In this document: piece by piece, positions 33,719 through 48,605 of the stretch
How the letters are laid out: every line of letters begins with the position of its first letter
Position numbering within the stretch: position 1 is the first letter of the stretch
DNA from: Saccostrea cucullata
Taxonomy: Eukaryota
Length of the DNA stretch: 64,000 bases
Reading direction: 5' to 3'
NCBI RefSeq assembly: GCF_032062105.1
Contig: NW_026939884.1
Location: forward strand, 682,001 to 746,000
Translations under genes and position numbers: made by a program
The notes under the pieces: model-generated
Seen by the model: the letters and a program-made list of their open reading frames with translations, nothing else
The model's database searches: none
Told to the model about the DNA's origin: nothing

Positions 33719-35228
33719 CCATTGACATTTAAAAAAAATCAGCACCAAATTCCTGCAAGACATATTGATATGTTATTGTAGAAACAAAAATCCAAAGCAA
33801 GTTTTTTTTTAACATTAAATATTCGCATATCCTGCAAATATTTGATTTACAATAATGAAACTTTTTTCTGAATTGTAAGTAGTTGTGATGTAAAATCAAC
33901 TTTCTACTACTTTACATGTCTATCTATAATCATATGCATATCTCAGAATAATATGTGATGATAAATATTTTGTTATGAGCCAGTCTTTCGAAATTGTTTC
34001 AAATATTACAAATTCCAATATGGTTTTTTTTTCTTTACTGTCAGGGTATCTAAAAGGAGGTGCTTTTATCCTGACTATTGCTGTTACAATATCTATTACG
34101 TTCTGTTTCATATACTTTTGTATTAGTTGTATATACATGTATCTGTTATACTATTTTATCTGTGTTTTGAAAAATGTTTGTCACTGCATGCTGCTTTTAT
34201 TTAATATAAATTTAGTATTTGTGGTATTTTAACAGTATTAACTTTGTTACAAGAGTAGCAAACAAAAGCTAGAAATTACGCATGAGGGACAATTAACACT
34301 GAATATGTGTACCAAAAAAAAAGCGTTACACGCAAACATCTCACAAGAAATAATTCTCAAATAAATGAAAAGGACTGACGCGTAAATTTTCATATGCTGA
34401 TTTAATTCTTGTTTATGTCATACATTCATATGTCAACATTTGTTTTATGCATTATATTTTAATTACAATGTATTTCTTTTATGACTAAAGGTGTTTATAA
34501 ATATACATGTATATATATAAAATTAATGTGTGTATAATCAAATATTGCATGCAATGTTGCACTTGTTTATAACCAATATTATCAATACATGTATAATGTA
34601 CATGTTTATCAGTTTTAATTATACACTGTCTTTTGAACCAATGACAACCAAATTTAAGCCATTATGTGAGTTCTATTGATAAAATAACAAAAAAAGTCAA
34701 TTGTACTTGCATGCTTTTATCAGTAGTGGTTCTTGCGCATCAAACTCCTCACTTAATAAACTTAATTTATTTTTCAGTTTCATTTTCATTTCTGCCACAA
34801 TTCGATACCGCTTTTCTATGGCCAATTATACTACTTTTCCGCGAATATATTTTCAGCAACTCTTTCCCGTACCTTACACATTAACCCGGCGAAAACTGTT
34901 ACCCCCTGCCAAGCTGCCACGGTTGAAATTACATGTATTGCTTTGCATATTTTATCTACATTGTATGCTGCATCAGTAACACAAATCTCTATTCTTTAAA
35001 AGATTAACCTTTCTATACGTTTATTAATACATTTGTTGTCATATTTTTTTTGTATGAACAATATCCAAAACATATACTGAAAACTCCCAGCTGCAAATAT
35101 AGAGTATAGTCGCGGAAAAACAGGTTGCAAAAATAAAATCGGGGAAAAAGCGGGTCAGCCCTTAATTTAACTTCCATTCCTGAAAAAAGCTCTTGCATGC
35201 TTCCGGCCGCTCTTCTTAGATGTACAAG

Positions 35229-35230
<2 letters not shown>

Positions 35231-35310
<80 letters not shown>
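35231..35310. repeat. (AT)40 microsatellite
   Basis: Directly visible. Confidence 0.98.
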
Positions 35311-35312
<2 letters not shown>

Positions 35313-37921
35313 TGATTGCAGTTTATTGTTATTTAAATGAAGTAAGACAGACGGTTACGTAACACAAAACATTTGCAAGCTGATTTTATTGGCAGATGAT
35401 ATTTCTCTCCAAAATCAATTTCAAATTAAACCCATCACTGATAATTAAATTTGATTAAAGTCAAAAGAAAACAGGCCCCGTTATTTTTAGTGTGTAATAA
35501 CTGCCAGCGTTTGTTTGATCAGCCCCCTCCTTTACAGCATCAGTATCTTGCTTATTTTCTCCCGCCAAATCTTCGATCAAATTTTCTCGTCTGCGAAACC
35601 AAACATGCACCCGACTTCCGGTTATTAGAGGAGCTCCCGTGTGTTCCAAAGTCTCTGTTGATGAGTGACATTTAGGTAGCGGGCTTATGACTCTATTAAC
35701 CTGTGATCAAACTTGCATAGTTGCCATAGAAACTGAAAATCGATACCTGTAATAAGTATTACTAAATTGTGTATACGTAGTCTTGGTTTAATGGCGAGAG
35801 AATTATAATTGATCCAGGCAAGATTGCAAGACCAGCATTGGTGACAAATTGGTTCCAGCACTTGGACAGTATCAACACTCACTGAACACTGTAGCATACT
35901 TTTCATGGAGTTACAGCGCCCGTAGTTACCAAGACATGGTGCTAACGCGATTGTAGTAGCTTGATCTACAATCGTGACACAGTTGTAATTCCATCTGTAT
36001 ACGGCGGTTATTCACGAAAGGTTCATCACCAGCCGTTATTTAATAAGTGCAATAATCATTACTTGTGCTTTCTACGAAAAAAAGAACGATTGATTTGGAA
36101 GAGCAGTCACCGTAAAATCTGCTGACTGCGATACGGCATGGTATTAGGCCAAGAAAATCTATCAGTTGACCACCAAGACAATAAGAGGGAACATCACAAG
36201 GGGGGTGGTAGGTTATACGGGAGACGGAATGACGCCTCGTCCCCATGCGTCTTTTGTGGATTTCGGGGATTATCAGGAAAGCTGCCATGCTGTGTTGTGG
36301 AACTTCCCGGGTGAGTAGACACATCACGTGATCGATTTTCAAGGTGTTAGGCATCTTATATCAAGATAAGCCGTTCAACTTTTTGGTTTTCCTAAGTGAA
36401 GCATATACTAATACATACTTCATGGTATATGCAACGTCTGTAGCGCTTTGCAAATGATTCTTGATTTAGAAAAATAGGTTAAAATTGTCTTATTTTATAT
36501 ACAGTATTTCCTCTCAGTCTTTTATTACTCCAAAGTGTAGAGAGAAAATCCGAACAATTTTATAACATTGATTATTATACGACGGCGGAAACCTGGAGTG
36601 TAGGCTATCTCCCCACGGACGTAGTGCTAGCACGTATCCCGTGATCCGCAGGGATAGCTTTTGTTTTCTCACTTTTCTGAACTGTATCGTTCAGTATGAA
36701 AGCGATCTCGGCGAATTCTTTCGACTTACATGGAAATCAATGCATTTTTAAAGTGACTTAAAAGGATATAGCTCCAATTAGGACAATATTTAGCCCAGCA
36801 CATCAACAGTATGAAATAACCGTTCTCAGTGAATCGATATATTGCTGAAGTGACTGATTTATGCGTATAAAGTCATAGGGCAGTAGGGTCATCTGTTTTT
36901 TTGTCTTACTGATAGAGCACAAGTAAATTGTAAACTTTGTTTGATTTTGTGAATACAGAAGGTAGATTTAACTTATAATAAATCGCTATCCAAAATGATA
37001 AAAAAAATTTGCATGCAAAAAGTCATCAACTTTACTCGATTTATCAAACAAGACTTTCACCACTTTTACCATACACTTTCAAGACTTTTTTGTGTAAAAA
37101 AGTTTACACAAAACTTTTTATTATCCCTTTTGTAAGGAACTACATTTGATCTAAGCTTGTCGACACAAAGAGATATTTATACTAGTGAATGTTTTAACAA
37201 GTAAATTGAAACAGTAAAACAAATTAGAAACATTGTGGTTGATCTAGAGAGATAATGTAAATAATGGATATGTCAACCTTGGGGTCTCCGTTAGCTCAAA
37301 GGGAGAGAGATCTCGCAGAGTCCATTACCATTTCCTGGACAGAATTGATCCTGCTACTTCACAAATACCCACTCAAAGTACCAAGCAACAGATCTGCTCG
37401 CTAAACTCTCTTTGTCACTCGCATGGGATTTCGACATGACACTCATCATATTGGTAATTCCGTAGAATTATTTCTCCGAGATTCTGCCCGCTCTAATGTC
37501 CAGCAGCTGGACCACATCCTCAGCCTACGTGTTTTAAAGATAATTAAAGTAAATGCTTACTAGAATTTTTCTTAGATGAACAATGTCTTGTATAAATTTA
37601 TGAATTTGTAAAATCTGTATTTCAAAGATATAACTGTATATTTAAGCATAGGAATGAGATACGTACATGTACCGGTATATCAGTAGAACGAGATTGCTTT
37701 CTCTTTAAATATGAAATTAAACTTGACACATAACAAAAGTAAAGATAACGAACACTTAGAGATCTTTAAAATATATGAACAATGCAAATCTGTGAAAAGG
37801 GCACTAAACACTGGTCCTTGGAGATTCCAGAGACGGAATGAGGTGCCGAGGAAGGGAAAACATCCCGAGCCCTACATGTATATGTATTTAACCTATTGTA
37901 CTTCATAATTCATATTCAAAT

Positions 37922-38329
37922 CAAGATGTGTTTGTGAAACACTATGCGCCCGGCGGCAAGAAAGTTAAAAAAAAAAAACATTTTTAGCATATGGGCCATA
38001 GTCAAGGTTACAGATCTTGATGTCATTCGAAAGAACTTGATTCGTGAAGTATGCATACCAGATATGAAGTCTCTATCTCTCATGGTTTAAAAGTTATGCT
38101 GAAGATTCAAAAAAGCTATTTTTAGCATATAGGACACAGTCAAGGTCACAAGGTCATTGACCTTGGTGTCATATGAAAGAGCTTAGTTAGTGGAGTAAGC
38201 ATACTGAATATGAAGTCTCAACCATTCATGGTCCAAAAGTTAAGACGAAGGTTAAAGTTTGCAGACAAACAGACAGACAGGACAAAAACAATATACGCCT
38301 CGGATCTTTCGATTCGGGCGCATAAAAAA
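37922..38329 (-). mobile_element. HINE (same family as 27230-27810)
   Basis: CAAGATGTGTTTGTGAAACAC terminal stem, repeated CAAGGTCA units, (CAGA)n microsatellite, GCATAAAAA end. Confidence 0.7.
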
Positions 38330-38899
38330 CGAAAAAAAGCTAAGCGTGCTCTATTTGTCCCGGTCAGATTGGAATCTGTTATTTGTTACTCCGACCTCAA
38401 ATCTCGAATCCAAAGAAACTTAAAAATCAACAACGTCAGCACATGCCACCTTGGTACCAGACAAAGCAGACATTAAAACGGCTCTAAAGGTTATGGTAGA
38501 TTAATGCAGCAAATTTTGACGTCCTCCCTAAGGTATCCATCACAGAAGATGGAATGCTGCTCTAGCAAATGAATTGCATGTCACGGCAATTACTAGTGAT
38601 GACGGATGACAACCTTTTAAGCTGATTGTGTAAAGTTATTATTCGGAAAAAAAGATATGTACGAGAACCAAACCCTTGTATCTTGTGAACATTTTGGTGC
38701 TTTATAAACAATATGTATTACTGGAATTGGGAGTGCTCAATTTAATTGTAGGACAATAAGGGAACTGTTCCATTTACTTTGCTGTGTTCTGGATACTAGT
38801 CAAAACCCTGGTCCTTTAAGTCAGTTTTCATTTATTGCATTTTTCAGGATAAGAATAAATCAAGCATAGATAAGTTAATATAAACACGACATTGGTGAA

Positions 38900-39356
38900 A
38901 ATTGTTAGTATCCAAAAGAAAGTCTTGTTACAAGAAATAAACATGTGAAATATGAAAGCCCTAGTACTAACTGCTAAAAAGGTACAGTCAGGGTCAATTT
39001 AAGGACAGAAGATCAAAAATATTTATACCAATGGAAGGTTCTCAGCACTAAGGTCTTGTCACAATGGATACACATGTAAAGTATGAAAGTCCAAGCACCA
39101 ACTGTTCAAAAGTAATGGCCAAGGGTTGGGAAAAAATGTGAAAGTGGATCAGACTCCGCTGTCATATTTAAGTCAAATATCTTCATTCCCAAAGTCAAGA
39201 ATTGTCACGAGGAATATACTTGTGAAGTATAAAAGCAAAACCTCCAGCCAATCAAAAGTAATTGAGAAGGTTTTTTTTTCGGACAAACAGACAGACGGAG
39301 GGACATGGCAAAAAGTATAATACATCCCCGGATTTTCGGTTACGAGGGCATAAAAA
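38900..39356 (-). mobile_element. HINE fragment
   Basis: Repeated GTCTTGTCACAA/ATGAAAG units, GACAGACGG microsatellite, GGGCATAAAAA end. A similar terminal fragment lies at 1-155. Confidence 0.6.
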
Positions 39357-40096
39357 GACAATAATCGGTTGCATTTGTCAGATTAAAGCCTGGTCCGACA
39401 TGATTTAAAAGGTCTCTTCCTCCAATAGTGTAACAACCATATAGAGATTAAAAATGTTACTCGAATTATGCATTTTACATGTCAGTATGATAAATCATTA
39501 TTAACTTGCTATATCTCAAATGTTTTAAAGGTGTATTTTTAGATAAGTTTGGACACACATTTGTATTTGTATACATGTATACATATGAATATGCAGTTTC
39601 CTGCTTAAATTGGTCAGTATTTGAAACTAAACATTATGATTTTGATAATTAGGATTTTAATGTCTTAGTTCAAAATTCTACGTTCTAACCTGTTACATGG
39701 ATTCCAATTATCAATAGGTTTTGACGCTGTGATAAAAACCATGATATCAGTACAAGGTTTTAAAAACAGTTTCTGCTATGGTGTTGATTTTTACGTTTTG
39801 GTACCATTGCTTAATTATTCACAAGGAAGAATAGGATTTTAATTTTCTTGCAAGGGTCTTATGTTATATAGTGTTTCTTTGTTGTTGTTTTTTTAAGAAA
39901 GTATGAAAATATTATACTGCATTGTGCTTAACACTTTGAGTGCGTTCAAGAAAAATGCAAAAAGGCTTAAGCGAACTATAAAGGCTTTCATTTTTCAAAA
40001 ACAAATATATGATGCATAGAAAATTTATGCTGTTTTTGTCTTTTTCAATGGCCTTTTGATAAGAAAAACTTTACAATATACTCTACAATAATTATT

Positions 40097-40917
40097 ATTT
40101 TATACCTGCTCCGAAGGAAAGGAGATATACTGTTTTAACTTTGTGTTTTTGTATCTTCGTAACAAATTTCCATACTAAGTATTCCTAGCATGCTTGAAAT
40201 TTTAACTGTTTGACGTGTATGGTGGCATTCATTTTTGCACGAATCCGATGACAACTTCCTGTTTATCCGTGCACCTGTCCGTATCCAAAGAAGATGGGCG
40301 CATTTGGCTTGTGATCTGCAGGAATCATTTGAACGAAACATTTTTGGGAAAAAGTACATTTTTTCGTGGTCTCTGGGTCTTCTCTCCATTTTTTAAAAAC
40401 GTGTATTCGTTTCTTTGAATTAAAATACACACAACGTTTCAAAATCATGGAGAGAAGACCCAGAGATAGAAAAAAAAATTAGAAAAACGTGTTTAAAAAT
40501 GTACCATTTTATACCAAATGTCTGATCTGGCCAATTTTCAAGTTATTTTTTAGCAAATCAAAGCTCAATTTCGGAAAAAATATTTTCCTTTCCTGTTGCA
40601 CAGGAACCCGATAAATAAAAAAAATTATAACATTTTATGTGACATGTCGATCAAATTTTCACTTTTCAATTACGCCCAGATTCCTACCGAATGCCAATCA
40701 AAACCGCCCTCGTTCTTTCATTCGTTGTTTTCTTAGCAACTACTCATCGCGGATCCTTGAAATTTTTTGAACCCTTATGGTTTGTGGTGGGACTCCTTTT
40801 TTGTACGTACGAATTCAATGTCAAGTTCCTGTTTATCCGTGCCTCGGTCAGAACCGAATTTACATCAGAGCTTGCCACGGGTATTACTAGTGAGCACTGG
40901 CTCATGGTCTTCTTGTT
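40097..40917 (+). mobile_element. HINE with an internal insertion
   Basis: TTTTATACC..TATACTGTTTTA start; GGGTATTACTAGTGAGC..GCTCA..TCTTGTT end; TTCCTGTTTATCCGTGC duplicated at ~40257 and ~40826. Confidence 0.6.
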
Positions 40918-41580
40918 ATATTACCAACACCTCCTAAAACAGATACTCAAAGGAAGTTGAAAATAAAACATCGATATAAAGATAACGAGCTATGACTCTA
41001 GGGGAACGATTACAGTTTTGTGTTATTATATGCAAGGATCAAATTAACAGAGGCACGCTATGGTAATCATTTTATTCAGGGCTTATATGACAACAGGAAT
41101 GAGAATAGTCCTGTTGTATTAATATAGATAAGTGTTTTCTGGTCCAGTAATAGCCCTCTTGTATAAAATCTTGGCATTTTGATGAAGAGGTGTATCGTTT
41201 TGATTCACTGTTTTTCTTAGTATTTCTGGAATCATCTAATAATCTCTAATTATTGTGTATTTATGGCCATCTTTAGAACTACAAAGATGTATTATACGCG
41301 TAATATATTCTATTTTTGTAACGAATAATCTAATTTTGAAACGGATACACATGTAAATAATTTTTTCAATGTTTTAAAAATTCTTAAATATTTTGAATAC
41401 TAGTAAAATCATACCCATAATGTTTCATGAATTTTGTGAATAATAAAAAATGAAAAAGAAAACTACTCCTGATATCTGGAAGAAATCCCATGTTTATTAA
41501 TTAAGTATACTGTCAGCACGCTCATTTTATTGCTCATTCTTTTTAAGGCAAACTTTTGGGCAGCATTGTAAATAATTTTT

Positions 41581-41583
<3 letters not shown>

Positions 41584-41632
<49 letters not shown>
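41584..41632. repeat. (AG)n microsatellite
   Basis: Directly visible. Confidence 0.98.
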
Positions 41633-41636
<4 letters not shown>

Positions 41637-43770
41637 GTGTTTGTTAAAAGGGAATGTAATAATGAAATTAAAAGTTCAGGATTCATAACTTTACATCCCA
41701 TCTCACAACAATACCCTTATTTGCATACACTGGATGATTTAATTAAAAGCAATGGCGCACTCATTTAAATAATTTAGCTTTTCAAGACGACATTCTGAGT
41801 TTAGGAATTCAGGATATTCGCTCCTTCATTACAGTGAGTGCCTCTATTTGTTCATCAGGCTAAAGCTTGCTCTCTAATATAAAGCAGCAGCTGCCATTTC
41901 AATAAACTATGACATAACTTTTTCAAATAAACAACACTCAATTTGCTTTTTATCAGTCATTTTAAGACAAATATAGAAACCCACAAGGGAGATAATGAAC
42001 ATCATATCACGTTGCTGATTTGAAGAATGCTTGAAATCCCTGCCATTAGTTACTTTTTTGTCTTTAGACCACACACTCAGACGATGTCATCTTCCATGTT
42101 TTCCCCCTTATCTTTTTCTTGGTTCGAAATTACCTTCAGGACACGTTTTACTTGAAAAAATTACAAAGACTTGAAAGCAGACGGTTTCAAATGAATAATT
42201 GATACCAAGCTACATACATGTATCTTGGAGGATTTATGTAATCTAAAGCTAAGAATAGGTAAATTGTTATGAATGCTTATTGTGACTGCTTAATATATAT
42301 ATTCTAGAAAGTGCTTGAATTGCAAAATTTAACCAAACTATACGAAGTCTCTTTGAACATCTTCATGGTCTAACACATGCAATTAATTTTTCCTGGATAT
42401 GTCGATAAGTCCACCAGATTCACAGTTCCTTTTTTAATAATCGATTTACAATTAAATATAAAGATTTTAGATATGAAGTAATGACCGATTAAGAATTACA
42501 CATTAATAGGGAATAGTTGCCTAAGGATGGACAAGAACCATGTTACGAGCGATAGCTAGCATTACGCATACATGCATAATGTAAGTGTGATGTTTTTTGA
42601 CATTTTCATTGAAGTCTATGATAGCATAAAAAGAGACAATACAAACACATCTTTGTTCTTTGGTGTTAAAAGTTACAGGTGTGTTGAATGTACATCATGA
42701 CCTTGTAGTGACCTTGTAGGGAAGAATTTTAAATGGTATTTCCAGTTCAAACAATTAATTGCAATATATACATGTAAATGGCAAAGGAAAAAGTTAGACA
42801 GTAATGGTGTCACCTGTAAGATTTTTTGAAAATTAAATATACTTTAGTCAGGTAGCACCGAGATCAGGAGTTTGCATGTTTTATTTTTACTTATCAATTT
42901 TACCGAAGCTTTTAGTAAAAAAATACTTAATTACCTATAATGATTTAACACGTGTAATTATTATAGATATTTCGTATTTTTTATATCTAATGAAAAATCT
43001 GGTAAAATTGATAGGTCTGCGAACTCCGTGTCAGGATGATTTTACAATAATACGGTCAATATACCGGTATGCATTGTTTTTTTAAAGACAAATAACGTAC
43101 ACAATTTCACAATAATTTCTTTTATAAAGAAAAATGTCTGCTCTAAAAGCAGGATAAAGGAAAACTGTCTTCTTCACTAGCTAAGAAGTCAAACTGTCAG
43201 AGATTAAATCACTTTCTCAATCAATGGACACACGCAGGAGCCGCGGTCATTGTCGTCTTGTGACGCCGAGTATCGATCCCAGAAACCCCGGGAAATGATG
43301 GCGGACCATCCGTTATTCTGCAGCAGACGTTTAGTGAATGTTGATCAATTATTCACGTCACTATCACCCCTTTCTATATAAAAACGACTTAAACCCCTCA
43401 TCGGCTTCGTGTGTGGAAACTTTAATAGGCAGTAAGCATAGAATCTTGACTTTACTAGCAGTGTGTAGTATTTTGTCTGCCTTGGTTCTATTTATAAAGG
43501 GGAAATACTGGTGTGCTAAAGTTTATTTGGATTTAATTCATTAACTCTCCACGAATTCAGTATTTTTTAGATGTCACTGTAACCAAATGAACAACAAAAG
43601 CAGTACTTTCATTCTATGGCCATATTAACTTCTGTGTCACACTACTGGAAAAGAACTTTTAGCAATATTTTATCATGTAACATGCATAAGGCGATTTTAA
43701 TAACATTTTGTAACTTCAAAAATATTGTTGAATCATACTATACTCATGAAAATAAAGTATGGTAACACTG

Positions 43771-46085
43771 ATGAAACATATGGAGATTAAGAACAGTATT
43801 CCAGATCAAAAGTCCATAAAACAATACAAAATAGGAGCAGAGCAAACACGGACCTCCAAAACATCAGAGGTGGGATCAGATGCCATGGAGAAGTGAGCAT
43901 CCCCTGCCGACCGGTCACACACGCCGTGTGCTCCTTGTCATGATCGGGAAATAACGGAATTTAATCCGTCGTCAATGGAGTTTATAAATAATGGACTAAC
44001 AACAAGTATGAACAAGTAAACATTGATGTAACCATCAATTGTCGCCCGGGAAATATATAAAGTAAACAATGGAAATGAGTCTTAATCATCAAACCGCTTT
44101 GATATGTGTGAAAAGGCATGCGTCTAATTGATGGCGATGATAGTCGCAAATATTTTGAAAACTTATAGTCGGATAAAAATCAAACAAAACGGTACCATTT
44201 TAAACTTGATGAATTCCTCATGTAAATGTTGGCAGTATAAAATATAGATTGAAGTTAGACACATGCATCACCTATATTCAAAAATGTATTATTTTCCAAT
44301 TTTAGGATATAAAACATGAACTATGCAGAGTGCGTTTTTATGCGAGAAGTAAAATTCGATGTTCTAAAAAAAGGGATCTGTCGGTTTTTTGATAGTAAAT
44401 GATAAGAAACTTTATATATTAAATATGTAAAACATATTCATTTTTACATATTCACTTTATGTAAGTAAGTATATTATGTATCTTGTAATTTAGAATGGGA
44501 AAGAACATTCTGATTAACGATCTTTTCAATGTTTAGAAAAACATTGATTCTAAATAACTTCTCCCACCCCAATCACCATACACCAACACTTAAACTTATA
44601 TGTATAGAGCAGCCCGGTCCTCCGGGCTGCAAAAACGTCAGTCAGCATTTGACTCAATGATAAATTGTATTTGCTGACAATGTCATTGTATCGACCGTGG
44701 AACTTACGAAATGATGACCTTAAACAATACTGATGAAATTCTTGTTTCATCAACTTGTTTGTCAATAATTTACCTCGTTGCAGAAATTGTTCATATGTAG
44801 AGCAAGCTCCTGCTTATCTAATCAACTGAGATATATAAACTCCGTACATGTATGCAGGTGATGAAGGTATATTGCTGCATAAGTAAAGGAAGTTGACGAT
44901 AAAAAAATTAAAGTCATCACATTTATCATAGAGCTTGGTTATTAGATTACCATTAACGTCTTTTTCTAGTGAAATATCTAAATATGAAACAGATATGTCA
45001 GACTCTGTGGTATCTTTTATCTCAAGCTCACCAGGATATATCGTATCGACATAAGAATGGAAATCACCATTTGATTGTTAATTGACAGTACGTCGTTGAT
45101 ATACTAGTATCTACATGTAAATGTCGAGTTGAAGGCCACAGCAAGTGTTTTCTTCTTTTCACACATAAGATTTTGCACAAGTTCTGCTTTATATGAATAC
45201 AAAAATATGTCTGCTAATAAAGGGACGCAATAAGTACCCATGGAAATTCCAATAGATTGTTGGAAGACCTGGTCTCCAAAAACAATATAGATATTGTCAA
45301 TCAGAAACTCAAGCATCTTTTTTATGTCGTCTTTAGAATACTTATGTGTACAATCAGAATGCTTTTTTACTAAATAATTTTGCAAATGACCAATGACAAG
45401 GTAAGTAATTTTTCGAGTTCCATTTTTATTGAAAAAGCAACTGTCAATGATATCGAAAAGTCTGGACTTTAATTTATCGTAGGGAATAGTTGTGTTTAAA
45501 GTTGATATGTCGTAAGTTTTCAAGCTGTTGATTTTGGTAAAATCTTGTGATTTCAAATTGTCCAAAAGTTCCTTAATTGGAATTCTTAAGTATCCACATC
45601 TGATTTATACCACTTCTTGAATATATTGTTGGACGGTACTCTTGAAGTTTCTCCTTCACTTCTGTTAATATTTTAGTGAGGAGTAAAGAAAGGGGCTTGG
45701 TTAAGCATTTACTGGAATCAGCTATGTACATGTATCTTTGTTTGTAAGGATTCTTTTGAAGTTTCGGAATCCAGTATATATATGGTACATGTAGTTCAAA
45801 TTCATTTTGGTTCTTTTGAATATTGAAAATAATTTAAAACTGACATATGATTTTGAAGAATTTCTTCCTTAGAAAGGGAACGATGAGTATAAGTTGGATT
45901 ACTACTTGTAGAATTAAAGCCAAATTATTCTAAAATACAATTTATATAATGAGCCTTACAAACATAGACAATGTTGTTACCTGCTTTGTCAGCAGGGACC
46001 AGTACGTACTGATCATGTAATCTAATTCTTTTTTCACTACTGGATTATTTGATACAGAAGAATAGATGGTTTTAATATTGCTCCT
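43771..46085 (-). mobile_element. Longest Penelope-like (Naiad-like) RT remnant, pseudogenised
   Basis: LHDQYVLVPADKAGNNIV; KTYDISTLNTTIP; VFQQSIGISMGTYCVPLLADIFLYSY; C-terminal RSSFRKFHGRYNDIVSKY; family 3' UTR at 43771-44010. Frameshifts and stops present. No GIY-YIG domain follows the RT. Unrelated insert at ~44015-44630. Confidence 0.85.
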
Positions 46086-46318
46086 CAGTCCTTTAAAACA
46101 AAGGACACAGAAAATGAGGTGAAACTATAGTTCTAGAATGCTAATTAAGAACTTCACGCGGCATTGATCTGTACTTTAGATTTAACTTTCATACATGTAT
46201 CCTATTTAATACAACTTTTAGAAAATACATGTATTAAAAAAATAAAAAATTATAAATATTTTTAAAATAAAATTATAGTTTCACCTTATTTTCTGTGTCC
46301 TTTATTTTAAAAGACTGG
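46086..46318. mobile_element. Small foldback MITE at the truncation point of the Penelope copy
   Basis: CAGTCCTTTAAAACAAAGGACACAGAAAATGAGGTGAAACTATA and its near reverse complement at 46274-46317. Confidence 0.7.
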
Positions 46319-47023
46319 AACAACCCAACACAAGAATTTTAAGGTTCCTTAAAATACTTTATGTATATTGATAATGTATTTCTTTCTCAAATGCTGGAGT
46401 TAAGAATGGTTAATTACATGAACGGAGGAAATGCATACTAATTGAATATACATGGAAGTATGCTATATTGGAAGGTTGGGACTCGAACATTGTCAATTAT
46501 GGATAAATTCTTTATTATGTAAACAAAAAGCATAATTTAACTATATGATCTGCTTGATGCCTCCTAACTTTGTCTTCTGGTACTTGTTAGCAAGTTCTGA
46601 ATATTTATGTTTGTTAGAAACAGGTTTAGTTGTCTCTCTTTAACCTTACTGTGTTTATATATTGATTTTAGTGGAAGTTGGCACTTTACATTACGTTGCT
46701 GTCTGAAAACTTTTATTTTTCTTTCAGTGAAATCGTCTTTCACTTTGCACTTGTTTCACACAAATACTTACACTGTAAGTTACAGTAAGAAATTAACTTT
46801 AGAAATGAATTCTTGAGAATTTTGCGCTTGTTTCCACATTAATTCATTTGATTGTCAGTTGTTATTGAATATTTGTGTATAGACTCAAAACCCAATCTTT
46901 AACTGTTTTCAAGGCTTTAAAATACACTATTATATATATTTTTTTATTTTCATCGATAACTTCTCATCATGTTTTTTTTCTTCCTTTTATAAAATGTCCT
47001 TGCTTTAAATCCATTTTTAATAC

Positions 47024-47578
47024 ATGAAACATATGGAGATAACGAACAGTATTCAAGATCAATAGTCCATAAAACAATACAAAATAGAAGAAGAGCAAAC
47101 ACGGACCTCTAAAACATAAGAGGTGGGATCAGGTACCATGGAGGAGTGAGCATCCCCTGCCGACCGATCACACCCACCGTGTGATTCTTGTCATGATCGA
47201 ACGGAAAAATCCGTCGTCAATGCAGTGTATAAACAATGGACCAACAATAAGTATGAAAATCGTCAGCATTTGACTCAGTGATAACTTGTATTTGCTGACA
47301 AGGTCATTGTATCGACCGTGGAACGTAAGAAATGATGACTTTTGACGAGACTGCTGATATTCTTGTTTAATCAACTTGTTTTGTCAGTAATTTACCTCGT
47401 TGTAGAAATTGTTTGTACGTAGACCATGCTCTTGCGTATCGAATCAACTGAGAGATGTATAAACTCCATATGGGATGATGAAGGTATATTGCTGCATTAG
47501 TAAGGGAAGTTGACGATAGAAAAGTTAAAGTTATCACGTTTATCATAGAGCTTGCATGGTTGTTAGATTACATTAAAT
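47024..47578 (-). mobile_element. 3'-terminal fragment of the same Penelope-like family
   Basis: ORF 47168-47374 (KSSFLTFHGRYNDLVSKY) plus the family 3' UTR. Confidence 0.8.
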
Positions 47579-47781
47579 GAATTTTAAAAGTATATGGGTT
47601 ACGTTACTAAGGTTTGCAGCAATTGTTGTTACCTTTATATCACCATTATATGTACCAGTAATCTGGTTTTGAGAGAATAAAAAACTGAAATGAAAGTATT
47701 CTACTTATGTGTCAAGAGCAAATGATAAATCTTTAACCACCTATATCCACTGCTTATTGAAATAATTAAAGATGTATAGAC

Positions 47782-47899
47782 TACAGGCACCTGAGGTTAC
47801 TTATTTTTAATATGAGAAACAGTGTATTAATTTATTAGGTATGAGGTTAATTTTTTTTAATACAGAAAAAATAATGCGAAGTAACGTCAAGTGCCTGTG
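47782..47899. mobile_element. 118-bp MITE with 8-bp TSD
   Basis: GTATAGAC|TACAGGCAC...GTGCCTGTG|GTATAGAC. Confidence 0.75.
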
Positions 47900-48605
47900 G
47901 TATAGACATGTAGTTTGTCTAAACTACAAATTAAAGTACAAGTACAAGAATGAAACTCCGAATCCTTACAGTGTTTGTAGTCTTTTAAAAATCTAAAGTA
48001 AATATTACAATGCGTTTATCATATTTGCGTGATCAGTGTATAAAAACGCCACTTAGGGTGATTTTTTTTAAAATACTGCATTGATTAAGAGAATGCTATG
48101 GAACGCCGTCACTGCCTTATAGCAGAACACTACAATTGCATTGTGTCAACTTTCCATTACATTATGTCAACTATTTATGACATTTACACACACTACTATT
48201 GCGTTATGTCAACTCTCTATTACATTATGTCAACTCTTTATGACACTTACACACACTACTATTTCGTTATGTCAACTTTCCATTACATTTTATTATACTT
48301 TCATGTTAAATACTAAAATCTGATTGGTTTAGACGCAGTTAACAATCCGTTCGATTACCCTGAGCCTTAGCAACACACGTGACAACGGGTAACACAACGG
48401 TAATGCCACATGCGTGGAAATTATGCGCGTACGGTTCACCGTAGAATTCTCAAAACGTCAGTTGCGCGTTTGAAAGAACCGGAATTAACTTGACGTCAAT
48501 AAAAGCTTGCGTCCGATATAGCTTACTTGAAAACAACAAACGACAGACGATACATGCTTGCGAGTGTAAGAAACATGCTTGCGAGCCAGAAATAACGAAG
48601 CTTTA

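Noticed and set aside
43771-46085. Selenoprotein-encoding Naiad or active retroelement
   Set aside because: In the segments I translated, Cys positions use normal codons and I saw no pattern of in-frame TGA. The copy is 5'-truncated and frameshifted.
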